Positions 1-8,742 of a stretch of DNA of 64,000 bases are shown piece by piece. The notes under the pieces are model-generated. The model saw only the letters and a program-made list of their open reading frames with translations, was not told where the DNA came from and did no database searches. Source of the DNA: Bacteroidales bacterium (GTDB lineage Bacteria; Bacteroidota; Bacteroidia; Bacteroidales; VadinHA17); assembly GCA_050013475.1 (NCBI GenBank), contig JBEKFE010000010.1, positions 64,898-128,897 of the forward strand. Reading direction: 5' to 3'. Position 1 is the first letter of the stretch. Each line of letters starts with the position of its first letter. The position numbers and the translations under genes were made by a program.

Positions 1-431
1 AGGTCAGGGTTTTTATCTATTATTATGGTATCGATCTTTACCAGCACCGGCATTTTTGCACCAGCAGTGTACTTCACGCCGCCTTCAGTCACATCAAGGT
101 TAAAAATATCTCCGGGCTTTGCAACGAAGCCTCCGGCTGCATAGATCCCGTCAAAGATCATTGGCAGCTGATGGGTATTCCCCGCAGAATCCGTAACAAC
201 GACCTCGGCATCGTTGACTGAAGTTATTCCCGAAGGGTTGTAGAAATCTGTTGTTTTATGAAGCATTACAATAACCGAATCGGTCATGTTACTTACGCTT
301 CCCTCTATTACCAGTCTTGGTGTCACATTCTTCAGGTCAACGGTTATAACATCTTCGCATGAAAGGATCAGGGTGGCAGAAACAGCCGCGGTAATTATTA
401 AGATATAATATTTTATATGCCTTATCATCAT
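1..431 (-). CDS. DUF4249-like lipoprotein, N-terminal part (gene runs off the left edge)
   Basis: Absent from the ORF track because it is edge-truncated. Reverse-strand reading from the ATG at 431 gives MMIRHIKYYILIITAAVSATLILSCEDVITVDLKNVTPRLVIEGS..., a signal peptide plus lipobox (LSC). It starts 1 nt after the stop of the upstream TonB-dependent receptor, the usual receptor/DUF4249 pairing in Bacteroidota. The family call rests on recalled pattern, not a search. Confidence 0.55.
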   Translation of the reverse strand, partial: MMIRHIKYYILIITAAVSATLILSCEDVITVDLKNVTPRLVIEGSVSNMTDSVIVMLHKTTDFYNPSGITSVNDAEVVVTDSAGNTHQLPMIFDGIYAAGGFVAKPGDIFNLDVTEGGVKYTAGAKMPVLVKIDTIIIDKNPD

Positions 432-432
432 T

Positions 433-2748
433 TTAAAATCTGAAATTGAATGTGACGGCCGGTACAATTGAAAACAAAGAAAGCCTTACAGCCTGCATCT
501 CATCAGGATTATCGGGGTTCTGCCGGAAAGTGATCGAGTAGGCATTTTTCCGCGCATAGACATTGTATATGGAGAATACCCAGCTTCTCTCCCGTCTGCC
601 GCTCAGTTTTTTCAGATGGGTAGCACCTACGTCAAGGCGGTGATAATTTGGCATCCTGTATCCATTGCGCTCTGTATAAAGCGGAGTTTTTATCCCATCG
701 ATCTCGTACAGCCCGCTCGGGAAGGTAACTGCATCACCGGTGTTGAAAACCCATTCCGAACTGAAGGTCCATCCTTTTGGAAGGGAGTAAACTGCAACGA
801 TGGCAATGTCGTGTATATTATCCTGTTTGGCAGGGAAGCTTTTTCCATTGTTAATCCCGGCAAACTGTCGTAAAGTCCGCGAAAGGGTATAGCTTACCCA
901 ACCTGTAAGCTTTCCCTCTTTTTTCTTAATGAACAGCTCGGTTCCGTATGCGTTCCCCTTTCCGAAAAGAAGCTGTGATTCTACATTGGGATTCAATATT
1001 ATATCGGCTCCGGGCTTGTAATCTATCAGATTGTACATGTTCTTATAATAGACCTCCACCGATGTTTCATATTTGTTATTTCCAAGGTTCCTGAAATACC
1101 CGAGAGACCACTGGTCGGCATACTGTGGCTTTATGTTATTGCTTGTCGGGAGCCAAAGATCTGTCGGATTTCCGGATGTAGTGTTGGAAAGAAGATGGAG
1201 GTACTGATAAATCCTCTGGTAGGATGCTTTTAAAGAGTTGTCCTTATTTATTACGTAGGTCATAGATAGTCTCGGCTCAAATCCGAAGTAGTTTTTAACC
1301 ACTGATGTATGGTTATAGACTGCGGAATCGGTCTTGTCTCCTTCAGAATCGTAAGTATAGAAAGTGCCTGGGCCAAGGACTGTAAAGAGGGATAACCTGA
1401 CGCCGTAATTTATGGTAAAGGAACTGTTCGGAACATAGTCGTTTGAGAAATATATTCCGCTTTCGAGGGCGGTTTTCCCCTGAAGGATCAGGTTGTTAAG
1501 CATGGTATCGCTTGTCGCTTTCAGAGTTCCGGGGTAAAAAGTATGATAGGTGGAATTGAACCCGAATTTTATAGTATTCCGGGGATTCGGATAATACTGG
1601 AAATCCTCCTTCAGGCTGAAATCCCTTATCCCTGATGAGATATTAACCTGCCTTGCGGCCCCTTCGAGGGTTATAATATAATTGTAATTACTGAAGATGA
1701 GGGAACTGTTAAGAAAAAGCTGATCAGAAAAGAGGTGGTTCCATCTTAGAGTCGAAGTGGCATTTCCCCACTGGATACCGAACCTTCCTCCATAGTTGAA
1801 TACATCCCGTCCAAAATAGCCCGAAAGGAACATCCTGTCGTTGCTACCCAGCGAATAATTTGCCTTCAGGTTCAGATCGTAGAAATAGGCTGCAGACCTG
1901 TACTGATTTGAATCTCTTGAAAGCTTGAGGAACATGTCGGCATAAGTCCTTCGGGCACATATAATAAAGGAGCCTTTGTTCTTCACTATTGGCCCCTCAA
2001 CTGATAATCTCGATGAGATCAGTCCTATCCCCCCTGCAACGCTGAAATCTTTTGAATTGCCATCGTTCATTCTTACATCCATGACAGATGAAAGATGTCC
2101 GCCGTACTCAGCAGGGATACCGCTTTTATAGAGCTTCACATCCTTCACTGCATCTGAATTGAAAACTGAGAAAAAGCCCAGAAGGTGAGAGCTGTTATAG
2201 ACCGGCGCCTCATCGAGCAGCACAAGGTTCTGATCAATCGTTCCGCCGCGGACATAAAAGCCGCTGTTGCCTTCCCCTGCCGATTTTACCCCGGGAAGCA
2301 GCTGAAGAGTTTTCATTATATCCTGCTCGCCCAGGAGTACAGGAATGGTTCTGATCTCTTTTATGTCGAGCATCTGTGTACTCATTTCAGATGATGTCAC
2401 GTTCCTGTTGGGAGATTCGCCCTTTACCGTAACCTCGTTAAGCGAAACAGACTTTTCCTGTAGCTCGATATTTTCAGTTAGCGGAGAATATAGTTTTATT
2501 GTTATTGTTTTGGTGGAATATCCAAGGTAGGAAAAGCTTGCGGCATATGTTCCCTGCGGAAGGGTTATTGAATAGAATCCATAGGCATTCGTCGAGCAAC
2601 CGGCTTTAACTGCAGGAAGCCAGATATAAGCGCCTATAAGGGCTTCACCGGATAATGAATCCTTCACCATTCCGCTAAATGTGAACTTCTGCGCATTAAC
2701 AGCTATTGATGAAGCTGAAAGAAGGATCAAAAGCAGTTTACGCATCAT
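433..2748 (-). CDS. TonB-dependent outer membrane receptor with N-terminal carboxypeptidase-regulatory-like domain
   Basis: ORF 433..2790. The likely true start is MMRKLLLILLSASSIAVNAQ at 2748 (signal peptide). It has a CarboxypepD_reg-like N-terminus (FSGMVKDSLSGEALIGAYIW...GFYSITLPQGTY), a plug region (DIMKTLQLLPGV...GFYVRGG) and a long beta-barrel ending in ...TFNFRF (aromatic C-terminus). Confidence 0.85.
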   Translation of the reverse strand: MMRKLLLILLSASSIAVNAQKFTFSGMVKDSLSGEALIGAYIWLPAVKAGCSTNAYGFYSITLPQGTYAASFSYLGYSTKTITIKLYSPLTENIELQEKSVSLNEVTVKGESPNRNVTSSEMSTQMLDIKEIRTIPVLLGEQDIMKTLQLLPGVKSAGEGNSGFYVRGGTIDQNLVLLDEAPVYNSSHLLGFFSVFNSDAVKDVKLYKSGIPAEYGGHLSSVMDVRMNDGNSKDFSVAGGIGLISSRLSVEGPIVKNKGSFIICARRTYADMFLKLSRDSNQYRSAAYFYDLNLKANYSLGSNDRMFLSGYFGRDVFNYGGRFGIQWGNATSTLRWNHLFSDQLFLNSSLIFSNYNYIITLEGAARQVNISSGIRDFSLKEDFQYYPNPRNTIKFGFNSTYHTFYPGTLKATSDTMLNNLILQGKTALESGIYFSNDYVPNSSFTINYGVRLSLFTVLGPGTFYTYDSEGDKTDSAVYNHTSVVKNYFGFEPRLSMTYVINKDNSLKASYQRIYQYLHLLSNTTSGNPTDLWLPTSNNIKPQYADQWSLGYFRNLGNNKYETSVEVYYKNMYNLIDYKPGADIILNPNVESQLLFGKGNAYGTELFIKKKEGKLTGWVSYTLSRTLRQFAGINNGKSFPAKQDNIHDIAIVAVYSLPKGWTFSSEWVFNTGDAVTFPSGLYEIDGIKTPLYTERNGYRMPNYHRLDVGATHLKKLSGRRERSWVFSIYNVYARKNAYSITFRQNPDNPDEMQAVRLSLFSIVPAVTFNFRF

Positions 2749-2857
2749 ACCTCTCTTAAGGATATCTGGATCATGGATCAAAAGTGACAATTTTCCTTCA
2801 CAAAATAAAAACAGTTAATGAAAAACGGGAAGGATCCTGGATTGTTGCATAAAAAGC

Positions 2858-3841
2858 TTAAAAGCCCGGTCTGCCTGTCTTGTCTTTAATAACGCTTTCC
2901 CTCAGGTCAAAAAGCTCCCATTGGCCCGAAAGGACTTCAGCCTGTTTGGTTTTAAGCAAGTTGATAAAATCGTTGACCCCAATAGGTTCATTCCCATTTG
3001 CATGTATAAGCACGATGCTCCCGTTCCCGGGCTTTTGTCCCTTTGCAAGCCATGCATCGCTGCCGACAGGGATGAGCCCCAGTGAAAGTATATGGTCATA
3101 TACATCACGGTTGGAGACAAGTCCGGGGAACCGGAAAAATACAGATGGAACGATATTTTTCTCTAAAAGAGCTATTTCATTATCCAGGACTTCGGCGTCA
3201 ATATCGGTGCCTGAAGCAAGCATAAAATTCTTATTGAGGGGAAGGTCATCGTAGGTATAATGATTATAGGAATGGTTGATCCAGACAATGGACAGCTCTT
3301 TTGCACTGCTGAGACTATCAAGCCATCTCAGATCACCCGGATGCGTCTCTAACCAGCGTCCTGTTATGCATACAGCGATCGGTACAGGTTTTTCAACTTC
3401 ACCTATCTCTTTGATAAGATCAGTAAATATTATCCGGTCGAGTGGTAGTTTTGAGGGACAAAGGTCAATGGTAAGATCGATGCCGTTCTGGTTTGAACCG
3501 AACCGCGTGAATCCGGCATCCTGCAATCTGCAGTCGAGTGCCTCAGCTTTTTTCAGGGCCATCAGGTACGGGGTATCAGAGTAAATGAACCTGATTAGTT
3601 CCTCCGAAAAAGCGAAGACAAATATGCTGTCGGAGCGGATCACCATTGTCCTGAGTGAAACGGGCGAAACGGCAAAATAGAAGCTATGATGTCCAGATGA
3701 AAATTTCCGCAGGCAGATGACCCCTTCAGGGTTATCCCTGCAAAAACCCCAGCCTGAAAAAGGTTTATAATCAGTAATTTGCTGTGCGGGCGACCGGAAG
3801 GTTGCAAGCAGAAGCAGTGTAGATATGATCAGGGATCTCAT
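2858..3841 (-). CDS. Secreted polysaccharide deacetylase (CE4/NodB)-like protein
   Basis: 327 aa with signal peptide MRSLIISTLLLLATFRSPAQQ. It carries an H-S-x-x-H motif (INHSYNHY) and DLTIDLCPS / FFRFPG blocks reminiscent of NodB-homology deacetylases. The family assignment is tentative. Confidence 0.5.
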   Translation of the reverse strand: MRSLIISTLLLLATFRSPAQQITDYKPFSGWGFCRDNPEGVICLRKFSSGHHSFYFAVSPVSLRTMVIRSDSIFVFAFSEELIRFIYSDTPYLMALKKAEALDCRLQDAGFTRFGSNQNGIDLTIDLCPSKLPLDRIIFTDLIKEIGEVEKPVPIAVCITGRWLETHPGDLRWLDSLSSAKELSIVWINHSYNHYTYDDLPLNKNFMLASGTDIDAEVLDNEIALLEKNIVPSVFFRFPGLVSNRDVYDHILSLGLIPVGSDAWLAKGQKPGNGSIVLIHANGNEPIGVNDFINLLKTKQAEVLSGQWELFDLRESVIKDKTGRPGF

Positions 3842-4117
3842 TCTGAATCCGGAATTGAAATTTTCAAAATAGTAAAAATAAAGGACCTGGCAAAAATCAT
3901 TTTGTCCAGGTTTCAGGCTTTCAATAGCGGAATGCTCATTTTCAGGAATAGAATAAAATTTTATATCGAAGTGAATAATGAATATGTTTCATATATAACT
4001 TTACGTTCATCAAAGTATATCATGGGAAATTTTTATATCCGCGATATGACGAGGATCGAATTAAGGAAGGTTCGTTAACATAACATATTTTTTATTTAAA
4101 AAAAGGAGGAATTTAAA

Positions 4118-4507
4118 ATGAAACGCAGAACTGTTATCGCTTTTTTTTCACTGGTTCTTTTTGCTTTTGTCTTCAGGGCTGAGCTGCAGGCACAGAATGC
4201 CCCGAAATTTGATCCTATTGCACCCCCCGCACTTGTAGCCCCGGTGGAAGGTGCAAAGATCAACATCTTTCCCCGCAAGACTGTTTTCGAATGGAGGCGG
4301 GTCGAGGGTGCTTCGAAATATGAAATTGAGATCGAAGCCAATGAAGGGAAGTGGGTTCTCCTGAAAAATCTGACCACTGAATTGAATTCATTTACTTTTG
4401 ATTTTGTGGGGAAACAGGAAGGACGCTGGCGTGTAAGGTCATTTTCTAAAGCTACCGGGAAACCAGGCGTTTATACTGCCTGGAGGGTATTTACATACCT
4501 GAGGTAA
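4118..4507 (+). CDS. Small secreted hypothetical protein
   Basis: 129 aa with a clear signal peptide (MKRRTVIAFFSLVLFAFVFRAELQAQ). An AAGGAGG sits about 8 nt upstream of the ATG, and a strong terminator hairpin follows. I recognised no family. Confidence 0.6.
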   Translation: MKRRTVIAFFSLVLFAFVFRAELQAQNAPKFDPIAPPALVAPVEGAKINIFPRKTVFEWRRVEGASKYEIEIEANEGKWVLLKNLTTELNSFTFDFVGKQEGRWRVRSFSKATGKPGVYTAWRVFTYLR

Positions 4508-4569
4508 GGCTTAAGTATAAGCTTTTACGGAGCCTTGCTCCGGACTCAAACAATTATTCTTAAATTTGA

Positions 4570-4610
4570 CTGATGATATCATGGATAAAATGATATCATC
4601 AGTTTTTTAT
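4570..4610 (+). terminator. Rho-independent terminator
   Basis: Perfect 13-bp stem ctgatgatatcat / atgatatcatcag with 7-nt loop ggataaa, followed by TTTTTTATTTT, downstream of the 4118..4507 CDS. Confidence 0.75.
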
Positions 4611-4654
4611 TTTACCGGTATTTAATCCGGTTCTTCAGAAAAAGAGCCTTAGAT

Positions 4655-5944
4655 ATGGCACACCACCTGACGGTCAAACACAACAGTTATTATAATCTGT
4701 CTGAACGGATAAACAGGTTCCCTCAGGGTGCTGCCCCGACAGAATTGCTCTTTGAGATTTTGAAGATACTTTTCTCCGAAAGAGAAGCAGGACTGGTTTC
4801 ATTGCTCCCTGTCAAACCTTTTACAGCGTCCAAAGCAGCAAAGATCTGGAAAATGAAAGAACCGGATGCAAGGATCATACTTAATGATCTTGCTGACCGC
4901 GGTATCCTGGTAGACGGTGAGGGGAAAGATGATATTCTTTATTCACTGCCTCCACCGATGGCAGGATTCTTCGAATTCTCAATGATGAGGTACAGGAATG
5001 ACATTGATCAGAAAACCCTTTCAGAGCTCTTCTACCAGTATATGAATGTGGAGGAGGAATTTATTAAAGGTCTTTTTACAGAGGGAGAGACCCAGCTCGG
5101 CCGTGTTTTCGTGAATGAAAAGGTACTTTCTGAGGATAACTCGCTTCATATCCTTGATTATGAAAGGGCTTCGGAGGTCATCAAAACTGCCTCTCACATC
5201 GGGATCGGTGTTTGTTACTGCCGCCATAAGATGTACCATGCCGGTAAGAACTGTGATGCGGAGATGGATATCTGCATGACATTCAATGGCAGCGCTGATT
5301 CCCTTACCCGTCATGGCGTGGCCAGAAAAGCTGATGCTTCAGAGTGCATAGATCTTTTGCAAAAAGCAAGGGAAACCAATCTTGTACAGTTCGGGGAGAA
5401 CGTGCAGAAAAAGGTGAATTTCATCTGTAACTGCTGCGGCTGCTGTTGCGAAGCGCTGATAGCCGCAAGAAGATTCGGGTTCCTTCATCCTGTTCATACA
5501 ACGAATTATATCCCTGACATAGTTGAAAACAATTGCAATGGGTGCGGCAAATGCGTCTCACTCTGCCCGGTTGAGGCCATGACCATGGTCTCGGCAAATG
5601 ATCCTGTCAGACCATTGCGTAAAAAAGCAAAGCTGGAAGAGAATATATGCCTGGGATGCGGAGTCTGCCTGAGAGGCTGCAGCAAAGATGCACTTAAGCT
5701 GAAAGAGCGAAGTAAAAGAGTTATCACTCCTGTCAACTCCGTACATAGGGTGGTCGTAATGGCTATCGAGAGAGGAAAGCTGCAGAATCTGATATTCGAT
5801 AACCAGGTTATGTTCAGCCACAGGGCTCTTGCAGCGGTACTGGGAGTCATCCTGAAGCTGCCGCCACTGAAGCAGGCACTTGCCAGTCGGCAATTCAAAT
5901 CGAGATACCTGGTGAGTCTTATAAATAGGATGAACTACGAATAA
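4655..5944 (+). CDS. 4Fe-4S dicluster domain protein with additional Cys-rich cluster
   Basis: 429 aa. It has two ferredoxin-type motifs, CNGCGKCVSLCP and CLGCGVCLRGC, plus CYCRHK...C...C and a CNCCGCCCE block. Confidence 0.75.
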   Translation: MAHHLTVKHNSYYNLSERINRFPQGAAPTELLFEILKILFSEREAGLVSLLPVKPFTASKAAKIWKMKEPDARIILNDLADRGILVDGEGKDDILYSLPPPMAGFFEFSMMRYRNDIDQKTLSELFYQYMNVEEEFIKGLFTEGETQLGRVFVNEKVLSEDNSLHILDYERASEVIKTASHIGIGVCYCRHKMYHAGKNCDAEMDICMTFNGSADSLTRHGVARKADASECIDLLQKARETNLVQFGENVQKKVNFICNCCGCCCEALIAARRFGFLHPVHTTNYIPDIVENNCNGCGKCVSLCPVEAMTMVSANDPVRPLRKKAKLEENICLGCGVCLRGCSKDALKLKERSKRVITPVNSVHRVVVMAIERGKLQNLIFDNQVMFSHRALAAVLGVILKLPPLKQALASRQFKSRYLVSLINRMNYE

Positions 5945-5962
5945 AGAATTACATTTATTGAT

Positions 5963-6124
5963 CTAACCACCTCCCCCCGACGCTTCGGTCGGGTTACTCC
6001 CCGCCATAGCGGGGCAGGCTCTCCTTTAAAAAGGAGGAGAAATGAAGAGTTTATAAAATATAACTTTCCCCTCCTTTAGCAAAGGAGGGGTGTCATGCCC
6101 GAAGTGGCATGACGGGGTGGTTGG
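5963..6124. repeat. GC-rich nested-palindrome element, copy 1 (upstream of the DUF559 gene)
   Basis: ctaaccacctccccccgacgcttcggtcgg...cccctcctttagcaaaggaggggtgtcatgcccgaagtggcatgacggggtggttgg. It has a closing helix aaccacc..cccc / ggggtggtt and five internal hairpins. It is a near-identical direct repeat of 6511..6671. Confidence 0.85.
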
Positions 6125-6151
6125 CCGATTAAATATTACTTTCATTTAATT

Positions 6152-6514
6152 ATGCGAAAGTTTTTTTCAAATAAAGCTGCACTTAAGGATTTCAGAAAGA
6201 AATTGAGGAATAGATCCACTTCTGCTGAGGCACAGCTATGGAATTTATTAAAAAACAGGCAACTGGGAGGAAGAAAATTCAGAAGACAACATGGTCTGGG
6301 AAATTACATTGTTGACTTTTACTGTTCAGAGGAAGAATTAATAGTTGAGTTGGATGGAGATCCTCATGGAGAATATTATAAAATTGAAGAAGATAAAATC
6401 AGGGATGAACGGTTAAGGACTCTTGGATATAAAATCTTACGTTTTGAGAATAAACTAGTTTTCCAGGATCCAGAATATGTTCTGGGTCGGATAAAAAGTT
6501 TTTTTAAAAGCTAA
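6152..6514 (+). CDS. DUF559 (Vsr/restriction-endonuclease-like fold) domain protein
   Basis: 120 aa. The pattern is typical of DUF559: AEAQLWNLLKNRQLGGRKFRRQH...YIVDFYC...LIVELDGDPH...EDKIRDERLRTLGYKILRFEN. Confidence 0.85.
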   Translation: MRKFFSNKAALKDFRKKLRNRSTSAEAQLWNLLKNRQLGGRKFRRQHGLGNYIVDFYCSEEELIVELDGDPHGEYYKIEEDKIRDERLRTLGYKILRFENKLVFQDPEYVLGRIKSFFKS

Positions 6515-6671
6515 CCACCTCCCCCCGACACTTCGGTCGGGGTACTCCCCGCCATAGCGGGGCAGGCTCTCCTTTGCAAAGGAGGAGAAATGAAACATTT
6601 GATAAGTTTAAATTTCCCCTCCTTTGCAAAGGAGGGGTGTCATGCCCGAAGTGGCATGACGGGGTGGTTGG
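6511..6671. repeat. GC-rich nested-palindrome element, copy 2 (downstream of the DUF559 gene)
   Basis: Direct repeat of 5963..6124. The arms are nearly identical and the central spacer of about 27 bp has diverged. The DUF559 stop codon TAA (6512-6514) lies inside the first bases of this copy. Confidence 0.85.
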
Positions 6672-6809
6672 ATCATTTTTATCCTGGTACTGTTTATCTG
6701 TAATTCACCGGATCGGAATGCCATTGCGTAGGATTTTAATTTAAACTCCAGTTTTAAATTTAATAAAATTGTTTATTTAACTTTATGACAAACCTATTCC
6801 TCCACTGCC

Positions 6810-8330
6810 ATGTCAACAAATAATTTTCAGGGATCAGCCATTATTTTACTTTGTTTCTCTCTTATCATTCCCTTTTCCTCATGCAAAAAGGTAAGACATG
6901 TCTGTATAAATGAAAATGAATTCCGGGATAAGGTATATGCCTGCTGGATGGGCAAGAACATAGGAGGGACACTGGGTATGCCATTTGAAGGGGATACCAA
7001 TATGCATGATGTTACCTTCTATAAAGATATCAGGGAGGGTGAACCTGCAGCCAATGATGATCTTGACCTTCAGATACTCTGGCTGAAAGCCATGCAGGAA
7101 AATGATGCTCATGTTGATGCTTTCAAGCTCGGGAAATACTGGCTGAAATATGTACTTGTCGACTGGAATGAATATGGCATTTGTAAGGCAAATATGAGGA
7201 TGGGGTTAATGCCTCCGTTATCGGGACAATTCAATAATGCAAAATGGAAACGAAGCAACGGGGCCTGGATACGTTCTGAAATATGGGCGTGTCTCTACCC
7301 GGGTGATCCTTTAAATGCAGCCAGGCTTGCGAGGGAGGATGCCTGTGTTGATCATGGCATGGCAGCAGGAACTTATGCTGAAATATTTACCGCATCGCTC
7401 GAATCGGCTGCTTTTATTGAGTCGGACCGCGACAGCCTGATCAGTTTCGCCCTTTCGATGATACCTCATGATTGCCGGGTCGCACAGGCTATCAGAACAG
7501 CAATAAAGGCAAGGGATGATAAGAAGACATGGAGGGAAGCAAGAGAGGCGGTCGTTAAAAATACGGAGGATATGGGCTGGTTCCAGGCTCCGCGCAATGT
7601 TGCCTTTACAATGATAGGATGGCTGTACGGGGGAGGCGATTTTGGAAAGTCGATCTGCATTGCAGTGAACTGCGGCGACGACACTGATTGCACCGGAGCC
7701 ACCCTGGGTTCCATACTTGGCATTATCGGAGGAACAAAAGCTATCCCGGAAAAATGGCGTAAACCTATTGGTGATAAAATAGCAAACGTGGCAATAAAGG
7801 GATTTGCATCTCCTGCAACACTTGATGTTCTGACGGACAGCACGCTATCAATGACAAGGAGAGTCCAGAAAAGGAACAATTCCCCGGTAATGATCGCTCC
7901 ATGCAGATCGGATCTTCGTCAGGCGAAATCCTACCTGAAACCCGACAGGAAGGCTCTTGAGAAGCTCCTGAACTTGTCACCATGGAGGGTTGTCAGGCAT
8001 AATACCGACTGGGTAATTATGCTTGACTATCTTCAGGAACCTTATATCACGGAGAACACTGAACGCAAAATTAAAATATCCTTATCAAATGAAGCAGGCC
8101 GGAAAGATACATACCGGATCAGTGTTGCAGGATTACCGGAGAAATGGGCTTTATCAGGGCTACCAGCCGATACGGTCGGGGTTGAAAAGGGAGGGAAGAA
8201 AATTTTGGAACTTTCGTTAATGGCAGGCGGAGAGAAACCTGATACCGCAAGGATGAACCTGATACTTTCCCGCGGAATTGATAGGGACACCGTTCCATTT
8301 ACACTGATTAAAAGAAGCAAGGTCAGATAA
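6810..8330 (+). CDS. ADP-ribosylglycohydrolase family protein, predicted lipoprotein, with a C-terminal extension
   Basis: 506 aa. The N-terminus IILLCFSLIIPFSSCKK is a signal peptide plus lipobox. ARH-family blocks are present: GKNIGGTLGMPFEG, DDLDLQ, and NCGDDTDCTGATLGSILG. About 150 extra residues follow the catalytic domain. Confidence 0.8.
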   Translation: MSTNNFQGSAIILLCFSLIIPFSSCKKVRHVCINENEFRDKVYACWMGKNIGGTLGMPFEGDTNMHDVTFYKDIREGEPAANDDLDLQILWLKAMQENDAHVDAFKLGKYWLKYVLVDWNEYGICKANMRMGLMPPLSGQFNNAKWKRSNGAWIRSEIWACLYPGDPLNAARLAREDACVDHGMAAGTYAEIFTASLESAAFIESDRDSLISFALSMIPHDCRVAQAIRTAIKARDDKKTWREAREAVVKNTEDMGWFQAPRNVAFTMIGWLYGGGDFGKSICIAVNCGDDTDCTGATLGSILGIIGGTKAIPEKWRKPIGDKIANVAIKGFASPATLDVLTDSTLSMTRRVQKRNNSPVMIAPCRSDLRQAKSYLKPDRKALEKLLNLSPWRVVRHNTDWVIMLDYLQEPYITENTERKIKISLSNEAGRKDTYRISVAGLPEKWALSGLPADTVGVEKGGKKILELSLMAGGEKPDTARMNLILSRGIDRDTVPFTLIKRSKVR

Positions 8331-8348
8331 AGGCTTAAAACCGTCCAT

Positions 8349-8645
8349 TTATAGTCTGATACTTTTTATTTCTTTAATTACCAGAGATATTTTATTTCTA
8401 AGCGTGATCTCATGCCTGTCCTTGCGAATGAAATTATTCCAGATCAGAATTGATGCGGAGAAGATCAATAACGTGGCAACTGCGACCTTCACCAGGTATG
8501 GAACGATATTTATGAAGTGACTGATCCTCTGACTCAGTTTTGTCAGGAATTTTTCAGTGTGATCTTCCGGCGGGCTATAGCCATCAAATTCGTCCCTGTT
8601 CTGTCGGATGAAGCTATCAATCGGATCTTCCCTGTATGTTTCCAT
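8349..8645 (-). CDS. Hypothetical single-pass membrane protein
   Basis: 98 aa with one hydrophobic segment (VPYLVKVAVATLLIFSASILIW). It lies directly downstream of the TonB-dependent receptor on the same strand. I recognised no family. Confidence 0.4.
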   Translation of the reverse strand: METYREDPIDSFIRQNRDEFDGYSPPEDHTEKFLTKLSQRISHFINIVPYLVKVAVATLLIFSASILIWNNFIRKDRHEITLRNKISLVIKEIKSIRL

Positions 8646-8742
8646 CGCCGCTTTTTATATAAAGACCCTCAAAATGGAATAATGCTGCATAAGGCACATA
8701 AGGAAAAGAACCTGCTTTGCTGAGATATAATTCATTGAGATC

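Noticed and set aside
616-2530. Plus-strand ORFs 616..873, 2185..2394 and 2345..2530 inside the first TonB-dependent receptor gene
   Set aside because: They are short, lie antisense within a long well-supported CDS, have low-complexity translations and match no recognisable family. The same reasoning applies to the other embedded or antisense ORFs in the track, for example 2880..3254, 5021..5314, 7466..7879, 10244..10603, 17803..18411, 41929..42255, 46982..47467, 48422..48721, 60987..61418, 62388..62708 and 63356..63748.
4106-4113. Shine-Dalgarno-like AAGGAGGA upstream of 4118 (and GGAGG upstream of 36941) as something unusual for a Bacteroidota genome
   Set aside because: These are only two isolated cases. 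Most other starts in the window lack such sequences, as expected for the phylum. I considered this insufficient to claim special translational control.
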